Sequence record: SRR22947727_329
Direction: 5' to 3' (one strand)
DNA: 48,654 nt
Shown: one piece after another, positions 25,653 to 35,823 of the stretch
Layout: every line of letters begins with the position of its first letter
Position numbering within the stretch: position 1 is the stretch's first letter
The notes under the pieces: generated by a model
What the model saw: only the letters and a program-made list of their open reading frames with translations
What the model was told of the DNA's origin: nothing
Databases searched by the model: none
Translations under genes and position numbers: made by a program

Positions 25653-27170
25653 TCAGGTCATGCGCTGGCTGAGAGTGTCAGCTAATCGCAGGGCTAAGGC
25701 GATGGTGGTCAGACCCGGCCCCACGCTGGGACAGCTAGGAAACACACTTGAGTCGGCGATATAAAGATTGTCGAGTTCATGGCACTTCCCTGATGGGTCG
25801 ACCACAGAGGCCGCTGGATCGGTGCCCATGCAACAGGTGCCGCATGCATAGCCCACAACGCTTAAGGGTGCTTCGCCCCTTGGGTGGGTCGGTGCAGTAC
25901 TCACCACCCGAGTGAGTGGGTCGGCTTCGATCGCTTTGAGGGTGTCAATCCAGCGATAGACCAGTCGATCATGAGCTTCGCGATTGTTATGGATGTAGTT
26001 GATGCGGAGCTGATCGTTGTTTAGCCACACCTTGTTGTGGGTGTCGGGCAAGACTTCAGACATGGCCCACCAAGCCACCGATCGGGACGCCAGTCGCTCC
26101 AGTCCAAAATCAGGAATCATTTTGGTAACAAGGGACAGCACTGGCGGTGACTCTGCAAATAGGGCGTCCTGCAAGACACCTCCTGCGGCTTGAATGTGGC
26201 CCAGCGGGAACGAGACGTTTTTGTCTCCCCAGTAATAGTCATTGATTCCAAGCGATCGGGCATAGCGTCCGTCGTTGCGTTCGGTTGCGAGCTGCAGGAT
26301 GGAGGTGAGTTGCAGATTCATCAGGTTGCGACCGACCTGGTCGGACCCATTACTGAGGCCTCGGGGGTGATGGCTGGAATGCGATCGCAGCAGGATGGCC
26401 GGAGAGTTGATGGCTCCTGCGGCCAGCACGATGAGATCCGCCTTGAACAGCCAGGCTTCACCGGCTACGTCAACTTCCACCCCCTTTACGCAGCTGCCGA
26501 GAGGATTTAAGTGCAAACGCTTCACTGCGGCTTGCGTTCGGATTTCCAGTTTGGCAGGATCGGCATTGTCGATGCCATACAGCTGAGAATCTCCACTTGG
26601 ATCTTCCTGGCTGTTGGACCAGCTCAGCGGAAGGTCATAGGGCTGACATCCCTGGCGTTTGAGCGCTTCTCGTAGGGGCTCAAGAAAAGGAACCAGTGGT
26701 TTTGGCTCATGCTCAAAAGGGGAAGAGCGGGTTGGTTCAGTGGGGTCGATTCCTGAGCGACCATGCACTCGGTACAACTTTTCAGCTGCTGAGTAATAAG
26801 GAGAGAGCTGGTTGTAGTTGATGGGCCAGGACGGTGAAACCCCTTCTTGCAGCGGGACTTCATCAAAATCCTGTTCGCGCATGCGTTCCAGCACTGCACC
26901 CCAGATTTTTGTGTTGCCGCCGAGGGAGTAGGTGGTTTGTGGTGCGAATGGATCACCGTCAGGCCCAAACCAGCGCTCATTTTTTGGGTGATAACGATCT
27001 TTCCGGAATAGATCCACATCGGCCACATTTTGATCTTCGAGAGCCATGGCCTCTCCTCGCTCAAGCATCAGCACCGAGTGACCCTTTCGGCTCAGGGCAC
27101 CGGCAAGGGTTCCACCACCGGCACCACTGCCGATGATGATCACGTCGTAATGGCTGTCGTCGATGATCAT
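25653..27170 (-). CDS. GMC-family flavoprotein oxidoreductase with a divergent active site
   Basis: IIGSGAGGG, LGGNT, LAAGAINSPAILLRS, NLYIADSSVFPS; C-terminal GYACGT and VGPGLT replace the usual His and Asn. Confidence 0.85.
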   Translation of the reverse strand: MIIDDSHYDVIIIGSGAGGGTLAGALSRKGHSVLMLERGEAMALEDQNVADVDLFRKDRYHPKNERWFGPDGDPFAPQTTYSLGGNTKIWGAVLERMREQDFDEVPLQEGVSPSWPINYNQLSPYYSAAEKLYRVHGRSGIDPTEPTRSSPFEHEPKPLVPFLEPLREALKRQGCQPYDLPLSWSNSQEDPSGDSQLYGIDNADPAKLEIRTQAAVKRLHLNPLGSCVKGVEVDVAGEAWLFKADLIVLAAGAINSPAILLRSHSSHHPRGLSNGSDQVGRNLMNLQLTSILQLATERNDGRYARSLGINDYYWGDKNVSFPLGHIQAAGGVLQDALFAESPPVLSLVTKMIPDFGLERLASRSVAWWAMSEVLPDTHNKVWLNNDQLRINYIHNNREAHDRLVYRWIDTLKAIEADPLTRVVSTAPTHPRGEAPLSVVGYACGTCCMGTDPAASVVDPSGKCHELDNLYIADSSVFPSCPSVGPGLTTIALALRLADTLSQRMT

Positions 27171-27214
27171 GATGGAAAGATTGAGGGCAGATCAGATCTG
27201 AAAACTCGGATGGA

Positions 27215-27820
27215 TCAGGTCGTGCGTTGCCAGACGTAAATTAAAAGGTAAAGAATGATCCAAATAACATCAACAAAATGCCAGAAAAGACTTACTGATG
27301 TGACGCCCATATCCCCCTTCTCATAATTATTTGGCCTGAAAGATCGAATCAGCATCAATCCCATTAACAGAATGCCTGTGATGACATGCAGGCCGTGAAA
27401 TCCTGTTAAAAGAAAAAATGTACCACCAAAGACTCCACTGCTAAGGCCGAATTGAAGTTCGGACCATTCCACATATTGTCCATAAACAAAGTATGCTCCC
27501 ATGGCCATCGTGAGGAGCCATAAAGATCGAAAGCCCCAAAGGTTTTTCTGATGCAAATAGCGCTCTGCAAAATAGGCTACAAAGCTTGAACTGACCAGCA
27601 CGATTGTGTTGATCAAAGGCATGCGTGTTTCTAGCCCCTCAACACCTTCTGGAAGCCACTCTGGAGCGGTGGTTTTTAAAAGCGCAAAGCCAATAAAAAA
27701 GGCTAGAAAAATAATACTTTCTGAACACAGGAAAATGATAAAACCTGTGAGGTTGTGCCCATCGTGCTTGATGTGACCGGGTTGGTGATTGAGCGGTAAG
27801 TCGGGATTGGTTGTGGTCAT
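27215..27820 (-). CDS. ctaEII: Alternative respiratory terminal oxidase (ARTO) subunit III
   Basis: FLCSE, NTIVLVSSS, TGFHGLHV, FWHFVDVIW. Confidence 0.9.
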   Translation of the reverse strand: MTTTNPDLPLNHQPGHIKHDGHNLTGFIIFLCSESIIFLAFFIGFALLKTTAPEWLPEGVEGLETRMPLINTIVLVSSSFVAYFAERYLHQKNLWGFRSLWLLTMAMGAYFVYGQYVEWSELQFGLSSGVFGGTFFLLTGFHGLHVITGILLMGLMLIRSFRPNNYEKGDMGVTSVSLFWHFVDVIWIILYLLIYVWQRTT

Positions 27821-27824
27821 TGCT

Positions 27825-29513
27825 TCAGGCCTCCATGGAGCGATGGACGTAGAAGTCTTGGTCTTCGACTAAGGGTTTGCCCAAGCCATAGCCGTAGGGC
27901 TCGCTGATAACGGTTGGGACATCGTCTTCGAAGTTTTCGGCTGGAGGCGGGGAAGGTAACAACCACTCCAAGCCAATAGCATTCCAGGGATTGGCAGGTG
28001 CTTTCGGCCCTCTGGCCCAGGAGCTCACAATGTTGAGAATGAAGGGAATGGAGGCCACGCCCAGCATGAATGCCCCAATGCTTGCAATCACGTTCCAGAT
28101 GGCAAATTCCGGGTCATAGGAAGCCACTCGTCTTGGCATGCCCAGTAATCCTGCCCAATGCAAAGGCAACCAATTCAGTGTGGCGCCAATAAATGTCAAT
28201 ACAAAGTGAACTTTGCCCAGTCCTTCGTAATACATGCGTCCCGTAAATTTAGGAAACCAGTGGTAAATTCCTGCGAAAATACCAAAGCCAATGGTATTGA
28301 AAATGATGTAGTGGAAATGAGCGACAACGAAATAAGTATTACCTACGTGGATATCAATGGGTGCGGTGCCAAGCATGACCCCAGTAATCCCTCCAAAGAT
28401 GAAATTTATAAGTCCGCCAAGCACAAATAGCATGGGTGTACTGAGCCGTATTTTTCCTCCCCATAGAGTTCCCAACCAGGCAAAGACTTTAACCCCAGTG
28501 GGAACAGCAATCAACATGGTGGTCACCATGAAAAGGTTTCGCATCCACTGTGGTGTTCCGGAATAGAACATATGGTGAACCCAAACAATGAGCCCCAAGA
28601 AAGTGATGATAAATGAAGCAAGGGCAACAAATTTGTAGCCGAAGAGGGGTTTGCGCGAATAAACCGTAATCACTTCCGAAAAAATACCGAAAACGGGAAG
28701 CACCATCACATAAACTGCTGGATGGGAATAGAACCAGAAAAAGTGTTGATAGAGAACGGGATCACCGCCTCCTTCTGGACGGAAGAAGCTCGTTCCAAAG
28801 CTGAGATCAAATAGAAGCATGATGGCTCCACCTGTTAATGCGGGGAGTCCAATCAGTTGCAGCGTTTGAGCAGCCCATGCAGTCCAGATGAAAACGGGCA
28901 TCCGGAAATAGCCCATCCCAGGAGCTCGCATGCGAATGATTGTGGTAACGAAATTAATCGCTCCCATGATCGATGAAACACCGGATAAAGCGACGGCGAG
29001 GATCCATAGAAATTGACCGTTAATGAAATGGCCTAAGGGATTCTGGATGCTCACAGGCGGATAGGACCACCATCCTGAGGACGCAGGGCCACCGGGTACA
29101 AAAAAGCTGGCCAAAAGAACGATGGCAAACACTGGCACCAACCAAAATGCTGCTGCATTTAGTTTTGGGAAGGCCATGTCGGGTGCGCCGATCATGGTTG
29201 GAATCAACAAATTGTTGAATCCATTCAGGACGGGAAATAGAAAGAGAAACAGCATGATTGTTCCATGCATGGTGTAGAGCCCGTTGTAAACAGAGGGGTC
29301 CACTAAATCGGCGGGAGGTGTAATCAATTCTCCGCGCATCACCATGGCTAATAATCCACCGATGAGAAGGAAGATCAGAGCCAGGCACATGTATTGGATG
29401 CCGATCACTTTGGCATCGGTGTTGAATGTGAAAAATCTCTTCCAGTTGTCCGGTGCTCCTGGAACCGGATGTTGTGTTTTAAGGATGCGTGGATCGTATT
29501 TTGTACTAGTCAT
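27825..29513 (-). CDS. ctaDII: ARTO heme-copper oxidase subunit I (A2-type)
   Basis: HGTIM, WFYSHPAVY, VWVHHM, VAHFHY, GMPRR. Confidence 0.93.
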   Translation of the reverse strand: MTSTKYDPRILKTQHPVPGAPDNWKRFFTFNTDAKVIGIQYMCLALIFLLIGGLLAMVMRGELITPPADLVDPSVYNGLYTMHGTIMLFLFLFPVLNGFNNLLIPTMIGAPDMAFPKLNAAAFWLVPVFAIVLLASFFVPGGPASSGWWSYPPVSIQNPLGHFINGQFLWILAVALSGVSSIMGAINFVTTIIRMRAPGMGYFRMPVFIWTAWAAQTLQLIGLPALTGGAIMLLFDLSFGTSFFRPEGGGDPVLYQHFFWFYSHPAVYVMVLPVFGIFSEVITVYSRKPLFGYKFVALASFIITFLGLIVWVHHMFYSGTPQWMRNLFMVTTMLIAVPTGVKVFAWLGTLWGGKIRLSTPMLFVLGGLINFIFGGITGVMLGTAPIDIHVGNTYFVVAHFHYIIFNTIGFGIFAGIYHWFPKFTGRMYYEGLGKVHFVLTFIGATLNWLPLHWAGLLGMPRRVASYDPEFAIWNVIASIGAFMLGVASIPFILNIVSSWARGPKAPANPWNAIGLEWLLPSPPPAENFEDDVPTVISEPYGYGLGKPLVEDQDFYVHRSMEA

Positions 29514-29518
29514 TAGTG

Positions 29519-30466
29519 TCAGGCTTCGTGGGGATCGTCAGGGTTGCCGGGATCGTTGACCATCGGAGGTGGTGCAGGTGGAACTGTTGCCCAACCTTTG
29601 TTTCCTTTGGAGAGCCTTTTTTGGTATTGAACTGTTCCCGGACTCAATCCAGGAACCAGTGGCTTCTCATTTGTGGATTGAAGCCAATTTGAGTAATCGT
29701 CTTTGGATTGGACGATGACATGGGTTTGATTATCAGAGAAGTAAGCACCGCTGAAGTGGGCATCACGAAGGCGATAGCGGCCTTCTCTCGTTGGGGTGAT
29801 GCTGTAAGAAATGACGCTTCCCGGAATGATGTCTTGCTTGAGCCGGAATGCTGGGATGTAGAAACTGTGGATTACATCTTTTGATGTGAGTAAGAAATTT
29901 GCGCGTTGATTGATTGGTAAATGCAATTCCGAACTTCGTACACCATTTGGATAGACGAATTCCCAATTCCATTGCCTTGAAATTACTTCGATCGGACCTA
30001 CCTCGCTCAGTCCATCGAGACTGGCAACCGTTTTTGCTGACTGATTGACAGCCATGTCGTATTTATTCTTAGGCCCCAGCGTGTCGAGTTTTCCATTCAC
30101 ATCAATGGAGTAGATGGCTAGAGCCATCACGATGATGAATGGAATGACAGTCCAGATAATTTCGAGCTTGGTGTTTCCTTCGATAGGAAGTCCATCGCTC
30201 TCATCATATTTCTCCGCACGATTCGCAATGACCGACCACAAGATGAAGCCGACGCAACCGTTGAATAGAAACGCACCCATCCCTACTTCTAGGGAGAAGA
30301 GCCCATCAACATAGGGAGCTGCCGTAGAGGCAGCCACAGGTAGCCACGAAAATGACCATTGTGCAATTTGAAGACTGACAAGCAGATTCAGTCCCACAAG
30401 ACTCAGCAAGATAAGTATCAACCTGAGCGATAGACCTTTCTTGGGTTTAGGGGTTGTGGATGTCAT
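29519..30466 (-). CDS. ctaCII: ARTO subunit II lacking CuA ligands
   Basis: LEIIWT, QWNWEF, DVIHSF; the CxExCGxxH site reads RDAHFSGAYF. Confidence 0.9.
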   Translation of the reverse strand: MTSTTPKPKKGLSLRLILILLSLVGLNLLVSLQIAQWSFSWLPVAASTAAPYVDGLFSLEVGMGAFLFNGCVGFILWSVIANRAEKYDESDGLPIEGNTKLEIIWTVIPFIIVMALAIYSIDVNGKLDTLGPKNKYDMAVNQSAKTVASLDGLSEVGPIEVISRQWNWEFVYPNGVRSSELHLPINQRANFLLTSKDVIHSFYIPAFRLKQDIIPGSVISYSITPTREGRYRLRDAHFSGAYFSDNQTHVIVQSKDDYSNWLQSTNEKPLVPGLSPGTVQYQKRLSKGNKGWATVPPAPPPMVNDPGNPDDPHEA

Positions 30467-31083
30467 GGCAATACTTGTCTTAGGTCCGTCCCTGAAGCAA
30501 GCAGCTGATCGGCTGTGATGTGAACACCAAATTCACTCGCAAGCCAGGCGCCAAGGCTTCCATGCACGCCCATGGCCAGGAGCACTACGGCTCCGCATCC
30601 CAGATAGAGCCAGCTCACCTGGCGACCGTAATCTTTACGCCATAAAAATCTTTGAAATCCCCGCCAGATGGTCATCACCACAATGATGAGCAGCAGTGCG
30701 ACCCCTCCGATCGCGTGCCACAACATGGTGTCGATTGCATTTTGGCCGATGATGCTGCGAATTCCTGGCAATGGAACGGCCAAGAGCATTTCGTAAAAGC
30801 CAGCTGCAACAGTGAAAAAGGTGATCACGCTGCAAGCGAGAACGTTGTACCAGCCAACATCGTGAAAACCGCTTCGTGTTGCGGGTAGTGCCAGGAAACG
30901 AAAAACTCGTTTCTCTAGGGGGTAAAAGGCTCCGGCAAAATCAAAGGCAATCCCGATGGCAAACAGGCCAATGGTGAAGTGCACCAAATTGGGATGGATC
31001 GGGATTGAGTAAGGGAGATTATTCGCCCCAAGTTGGTCGGCAATTTCATTTACCGGCGAGAGAATCGTGCTGATTACATTCAT
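30463..31083 (-). CDS. DUF2231-like membrane protein
   Basis: IHPNLVHF, WHAIGG, VHGSLG; about 4 TM helices; ATGA overlaps on both sides. Confidence 0.85.
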   Translation of the reverse strand: MNVISTILSPVNEIADQLGANNLPYSIPIHPNLVHFTIGLFAIGIAFDFAGAFYPLEKRVFRFLALPATRSGFHDVGWYNVLACSVITFFTVAAGFYEMLLAVPLPGIRSIIGQNAIDTMLWHAIGGVALLLIIVVMTIWRGFQRFLWRKDYGRQVSWLYLGCGAVVLLAMGVHGSLGAWLASEFGVHITADQLLASGTDLRQVLP

Positions 31084-31589
31084 GACAGTGCTCCACTACG
31101 GACTGCTTCCACCACCGGGACCGTATGGAGGCCGTACACCCAAACGAGTTTGTCGCCTAGGTAAACCTGGCAGAACACCAGCACTGCAAGTACGGCGTCA
31201 ATAATCAGAAATCCTCGCGGCAGCACGGTGGGGTCTTTTTGTCTTGCGACGTATCGCCACCCCGTCAGGAGGCTGAGAATCGCGGCGAGCGACCAGCCAA
31301 GCGTGCTGTGGTAATTCAAAATGTCTCTTGAAGCTCCATAAGGAGTGGCTAAGCCCGCTTCAATCTGCCCAAAGATGATGGCCACAAAGATGGCCACGGT
31401 CGCCACCAACAAGTTCCAGAAGCTCACCTCAAACAGGTTGCGCCGCCGTGTGAGCACTCCAATCAGGTCAAAGACCACCGTGATCAGCGCCATGGCAATC
31501 ACGAAATGAACCACGATGGGATGGATGACATCCAGCCAGGGGAGATTCTTGTCGTTGAGCGGGGGGAGCAGCAGCCCAATCATCGGCAT
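31080..31589 (-). CDS. DUF2231-like membrane protein
   Basis: IHPIVVHF, YHSTLG, YLGDKLVWVYG; about 4 TM helices. Confidence 0.85.
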   Translation of the reverse strand: MPMIGLLLPPLNDKNLPWLDVIHPIVVHFVIAMALITVVFDLIGVLTRRRNLFEVSFWNLLVATVAIFVAIIFGQIEAGLATPYGASRDILNYHSTLGWSLAAILSLLTGWRYVARQKDPTVLPRGFLIIDAVLAVLVFCQVYLGDKLVWVYGLHTVPVVEAVRSGALS

Positions 31590-31675
31590 GCCGATCGTGC
31601 TCTTTAAGCATGGATAGCTTTTGCTCCGCAGTCATCCCTCCATAACGGAAGAGAAGCAGAAGCCCTTGTTGAACG

Positions 31676-32773
31676 TTATGCGCCCTTTCGTTTGAGCTGT
31701 CTCCAATAGCGAGCTGCCTGCACCGTGATGAGCACGACAACAGCAGGCAGTACAACGCAAAGCATGATGAGGCGAAATTCGTCTGACCATGACGACAGCC
31801 CTGTGCGGGGAAGAACGTTGTCAGTGATGTACAGGACGTAAAGGCCAACCAGTAAGCCCCCTTCAAGTCTGCTGATTCGTCCTTTGGTCCAGAAGATTGG
31901 TAGGCAAGCCAGGCTTGTCAGAATCATCACTGGCATGTCGTCATGAATTAAATCCTGGCTCACACTTAAGCCGTCTGATCCAGCAGCCAATGCTCCTCCA
32001 GCAAGGACAAGAAGAAGATTGAGAAGACAGCTGCCAACAACGTTTCCGATTGCGAGATCCGTTCTTCCTTTCAATGCTGCGACCACTGAAGTGATCAGTT
32101 CAGGCATGGAAGTGCCTGCAGAAACAATGGTGAGACCGATGATGGGTTGAGGAACCTTGAGGATCTCGGCAACTCCACTGGCTCCATTCACAAGCAGATT
32201 GGCGCCAAATCCGAGAACAACAATGCCAACGACAAGGCGCACCATGGCCTTGATCCAACCCTCTTTAGCTGTCTCTAGGTCAATCTCTGGTTCGGCAGGC
32301 TCCATCTCCTCTGGTTCCTCCCGTGCGGTTCGGATCTCCCAGACGGTGTTAATGACAAGGGCCAGCAACAGAGCAACGCCTGATTGCCAGGTCACACGTC
32401 CTGCAGATGCCATCCCCCAAGCAGCAGCCGACACGGCGAGCAGAAGGGGGACATCCCTTCTCACCAAGCGGCTTTCGACTCTCAGAGGAAGAACTAGGGC
32501 GCTGCAGCCGAGCACGACCAACACATTGAAAATGTTGCTTCCCACCACGTTGCTGACGGCGAGCGCATCAGCCCCTTGCATCACTGAACTGATGCTGACG
32601 AAAAATTCTGGCGCGCTCGTTCCAAGCGAAACCACTGTCAGGCCAATGACCAGCTGAGGGACGCCGAGGATGACGGCAAGAATCACCGCACCTTGTACGA
32701 ATAATTCTCCCCCTCCGAAGAGCAGTCCGATTCCCACCAAGAGCTCGAGGGTAGAGATCAGAAAGTCAGGCAT
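31676..32773 (-). CDS. Ca2+/Na+ antiporter (CaCA, YrbG-like)
   Basis: Two alpha repeats: GTSAPE...VVGSNIFN and GTSMPE...VVGSCLLN. Confidence 0.92.
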   Translation of the reverse strand: MPDFLISTLELLVGIGLLFGGGELFVQGAVILAVILGVPQLVIGLTVVSLGTSAPEFFVSISSVMQGADALAVSNVVGSNIFNVLVVLGCSALVLPLRVESRLVRRDVPLLLAVSAAAWGMASAGRVTWQSGVALLLALVINTVWEIRTAREEPEEMEPAEPEIDLETAKEGWIKAMVRLVVGIVVLGFGANLLVNGASGVAEILKVPQPIIGLTIVSAGTSMPELITSVVAALKGRTDLAIGNVVGSCLLNLLLVLAGGALAAGSDGLSVSQDLIHDDMPVMILTSLACLPIFWTKGRISRLEGGLLVGLYVLYITDNVLPRTGLSSWSDEFRLIMLCVVLPAVVVLITVQAARYWRQLKRKGA

Positions 32774-32871
32774 CGACTCCTTGCTTTATCAGAAACTATC
32801 TTCCCTGCTGGCCTCGACGGCTGCAAAGGGGAAGAGACTTAGCATTATCCAACTTCTAAGGAGAGACCCTG

Positions 32872-34548
32872 GTGCTCCTGAATTACATCAGCACCCGCAA
32901 CCTCCGAGGTGATGCCTTTGGTGGGCTGACGGCAGCTGTGGTTGCCCTTCCGATGGCATTGGCTTTTGGAGTTGCTTCTGGCGCTGGTGCGGCTGCGGGC
33001 CTCTGGGGTGCCGTGATTATTGGCCTGGTGGCGGCACTGTTTGGCGGGACATCCACGCTGATCTCTGAGCCCACTGGTCCGATGACGGTGGTGTTTACTG
33101 CGGTGATTCTCAATTTCACCAGCCAAATCCCAGACCGAGCCACAGCGTTAGCTCTGGCTTTCATGGTGGTGATGCTCGCAGGCCTTTTCCAAATCCTCTT
33201 TGGGTTGTGTCGATTAGGCAGATACATCACGATGATGCCTTACACCGTGATTTCAGGCTTTATGTCTGGCATTGGTGTGATTCTGGTCATTCTTCAGTTG
33301 GCCCCATTTTTGGGTCAGAGCAGTCCAACCGGTGGTGTGATTGGGACGCTGACTAGTCTGCCTCAATTGATTTCTGGTGCACAACCACTTGAGTTTTTAT
33401 TAGCGCTGATTACTCTGCTAATCCTTTGGTTCACCCCTGAAAATTGGAAGCGTTTTTGTCCTCCCCAGCTTCTCGCTCTTGTTGTGGGAACAATTCTTTC
33501 GCTCACAGTGTTTTCGAATGTGGGTTTAAGTCGAATACCTGAGTTTTCAGCTGATTTTCCTAGTTTTCAGCCTCCTACTTTTTCGGCAATTACTCCAGAT
33601 TTGCTTCGATTAATGGTGGTGAATGGAGCTGTATTAGGAATGCTCGGTTGCATAGATGCTCTGCTTACTTCTGTTGTGGCAGATAGTCTGACTAGGACAG
33701 AACATGATTCCAATAAAGAATTAATTGGTCAGGGTTTGGGAAATTTGGTGTCTGGTCTTTTTGGTGGCTTGCCAGGCGCTGGCGCCACGATGGGAACGGT
33801 TGTCAATATTCAGGCAGGCGGTCGTTCTGCTCTTTCGGGAATTGTGAGAGCCATCATTTTGATGCTTGTTATTTTGGTAGCAGCACCCTTGGCTTCGCGC
33901 ATTCCCCTGGCGGTGCTTGCAGGTATTGCCCTGAAGGTTGGTTTTGACATTATCGATTGGAGCTTTTTGAGGCGAGCGCACCATTTGTCGATGAAGGCGG
34001 CTTGTATTACTTACGGAGTGATTGGCCTCACGGTACTTGTTGATCTGATTTGGGCAGTTTTTATTGGTGTGTTTGTTGCCAATGTTCTAACGATTGAGCG
34101 GATGACTGCTCTTCAGTCCAAGGGCGTTAAGACGATTAGCACCACTGATGATGATGTGATTCTTCCACCTGATGAGCAGGAACTTCTTGATCGGGCTTCC
34201 GGTCGATTACTGCTCTTCCAGCTCACCGGTCCAATGATTTTTGGTGTTGCCAAAACGATCAATCGAGAGCACAACGCGATTGAAGAATGTGAGGCTGTGT
34301 TGTTTGATCTGAGTGAAGTTTCTCACCTGGGTGTCACAGCATCCCTAGCACTTGAAAATGCAATCAAAGAAGCCATTGAAGTGGGCCGTTTGGTGTATGT
34401 GGTTGTACTCCCTGGGGCGACGCGCAAGCGCTTAGAAAAACTCAAGCTTCTGGATCTCCTCCCAGAACACCATGTCAGCGCAAATCGCTATGAGGTGTTG
34501 TTGCATGCCGTCAATCAATTGCCTCAGTTACAGGAGCTCTCCTCTTAG
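32872..34548 (+). CDS. bicA: SulP/SLC26 anion transporter, BicA-type bicarbonate transporter with STAS domain
   Basis: RGDAFGGLTAAVVALPMALAFGVASG, ISEPTGPM, GAGATMGT; C-terminal STAS (GPMIFG, FDLSEV). Confidence 0.8.
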   Translation: MLLNYISTRNLRGDAFGGLTAAVVALPMALAFGVASGAGAAAGLWGAVIIGLVAALFGGTSTLISEPTGPMTVVFTAVILNFTSQIPDRATALALAFMVVMLAGLFQILFGLCRLGRYITMMPYTVISGFMSGIGVILVILQLAPFLGQSSPTGGVIGTLTSLPQLISGAQPLEFLLALITLLILWFTPENWKRFCPPQLLALVVGTILSLTVFSNVGLSRIPEFSADFPSFQPPTFSAITPDLLRLMVVNGAVLGMLGCIDALLTSVVADSLTRTEHDSNKELIGQGLGNLVSGLFGGLPGAGATMGTVVNIQAGGRSALSGIVRAIILMLVILVAAPLASRIPLAVLAGIALKVGFDIIDWSFLRRAHHLSMKAACITYGVIGLTVLVDLIWAVFIGVFVANVLTIERMTALQSKGVKTISTTDDDVILPPDEQELLDRASGRLLLFQLTGPMIFGVAKTINREHNAIEECEAVLFDLSEVSHLGVTASLALENAIKEAIEVGRLVYVVVLPGATRKRLEKLKLLDLLPEHHVSANRYEVLLHAVNQLPQLQELSS

Positions 34549-35628
34549 ATGGCCTCAGATCGTCTGGTCATGCGTCGTCCGGATGACTGGCATGTCCATC
34601 TCCGAGATGGCCCCATGTTGGAAGCGGTGCTGTTTGCAACGGCCAGGGTCTTTGGAAGGGCGGTGGTGATGCCGAACTTGCGACCACCCATCACAACTGT
34701 GGAAGCTGCGCGTGGCTACCGCCAGAGGATTGTGGATGCGCTGAACCACGGCGTGATGTTTACGCCATTGATGACTGCGTACCTAACGGATGATCTTGAC
34801 CCCAACGAGTTGGAACGAGGTTTTGTTGAGGGGGTGTTTGCAGCAGCGAAGCTTTACCCAGCCAATGCCACGACCAATTCAGCAGCTGGGGTAAGCGATC
34901 TGATGTTGATTGCGCCTTTGCTGGAAAGGATGGAGGCGATCGATATGCCCTTGCTCATTCATGGAGAGGTCACCGATCCAGATGTGGATGTGTTTGATCG
35001 GGAGGCAGTTTTTATCGAGCGGCATCTCATCCCTTTGCGTGAGCGTCACCCTGGATTGCGGATTGTTTTAGAGCACATCACCACAGAGCAAGCCGTGGAT
35101 TACGTCGCCAATGGAGACCAGCGTTTGGCAGCCACAATCACGCCCCATCACCTCCATCTCAATCGCAATGCGATGTTTGTGGGTGGCTTAAAAAGTGATT
35201 TTTATTGTCTTCCCGTCGTCAAGAGAGAATGTCATCGTCGCGCCCTGGTAAAGGCGGCGACGAGCGGCCTTCCTTGCTTTTTTCTAGGGACGGATTCAGC
35301 CCCCCATCCCCGATCGGGTAAGGAGTCAGCCTGCGGTTGTGCCGGGATTTTCAACGCTATGCATGCCATGGAGAGCTATGCCGCTGTGTTTGAACAGGAG
35401 GGTGCACTGGATCGTTTAGAGGCTTTTGCGAGTGAATTCGGTCCGCGCTTTTACGGCTTGCCCTTAAACACCGACACCATTGCATTGGTGCGTCAGCCGC
35501 AGATTGTGCCCCAGCAGCTCACTCTTCCTCAAGGTGGTTTCGAAGCATTCGACTCTGAAGAGGCGCCTTTCTTCTTTCATGCCGGTGAGTCTCTGGCTTG
35601 GTCTGTTGACTTGACGGGTCTGGCTTAA
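34549..35628 (+). CDS. pyrC: Dihydroorotase
   Basis: [36 protein letters not shown]. Confidence 0.96.
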   Translation: MASDRLVMRRPDDWHVHLRDGPMLEAVLFATARVFGRAVVMPNLRPPITTVEAARGYRQRIVDALNHGVMFTPLMTAYLTDDLDPNELERGFVEGVFAAAKLYPANATTNSAAGVSDLMLIAPLLERMEAIDMPLLIHGEVTDPDVDVFDREAVFIERHLIPLRERHPGLRIVLEHITTEQAVDYVANGDQRLAATITPHHLHLNRNAMFVGGLKSDFYCLPVVKRECHRRALVKAATSGLPCFFLGTDSAPHPRSGKESACGCAGIFNAMHAMESYAAVFEQEGALDRLEAFASEFGPRFYGLPLNTDTIALVRQPQIVPQQLTLPQGGFEAFDSEEAPFFFHAGESLAWSVDLTGLA

Positions 35629-35667
35629 GGGATCTGCAATACGTTCGACGCTTTGACGGAATGGGTC

Positions 35668-35690
35668 CAGAGGGGCTCCCTCTGTCTTCT
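35668..35690. terminator. Possible terminator hairpin between convergent pyrC and tRNA
   Basis: CAGAGGG-gct-CCCTCTG followed by TCTTCT. Confidence 0.4.
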
Positions 35691-35737
35691 GCTCTAAAAA
35701 CTAGATGTGTGATCTGTTGCGACCATGTCTTGACTGA

Positions 35738-35823
35738 TGGGGGCGGGGGGACTTGAACCCCCACAGACATTTCTGCCCAAACGATTTTAAGTCGCGTGCG
35801 TCTACCGATTCCGCCACGCCCCC
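35738..35823 (-). tRNA. trnL: tRNA-Leu (anticodon TAA), no intron
   Basis: Reverse complement GGGGGCGTGGCGGAATCGGTAGACGCA...GACTTAAAATC...GGTTCAAGTCC...CGCCCCCA: 7-bp acceptor stem, long variable arm, TTCAAGT T-loop. Confidence 0.95.

Noticed and set aside
29519-30466. Subunit II as a pseudogene because the CuA cysteines are missing
   Set aside because: Loss of CuA is the normal ARTO signature and the frame is intact.
35519-35770. 83-aa minus-strand ORF
   Set aside because: Runs through the tRNA and the pyrC end; spurious.
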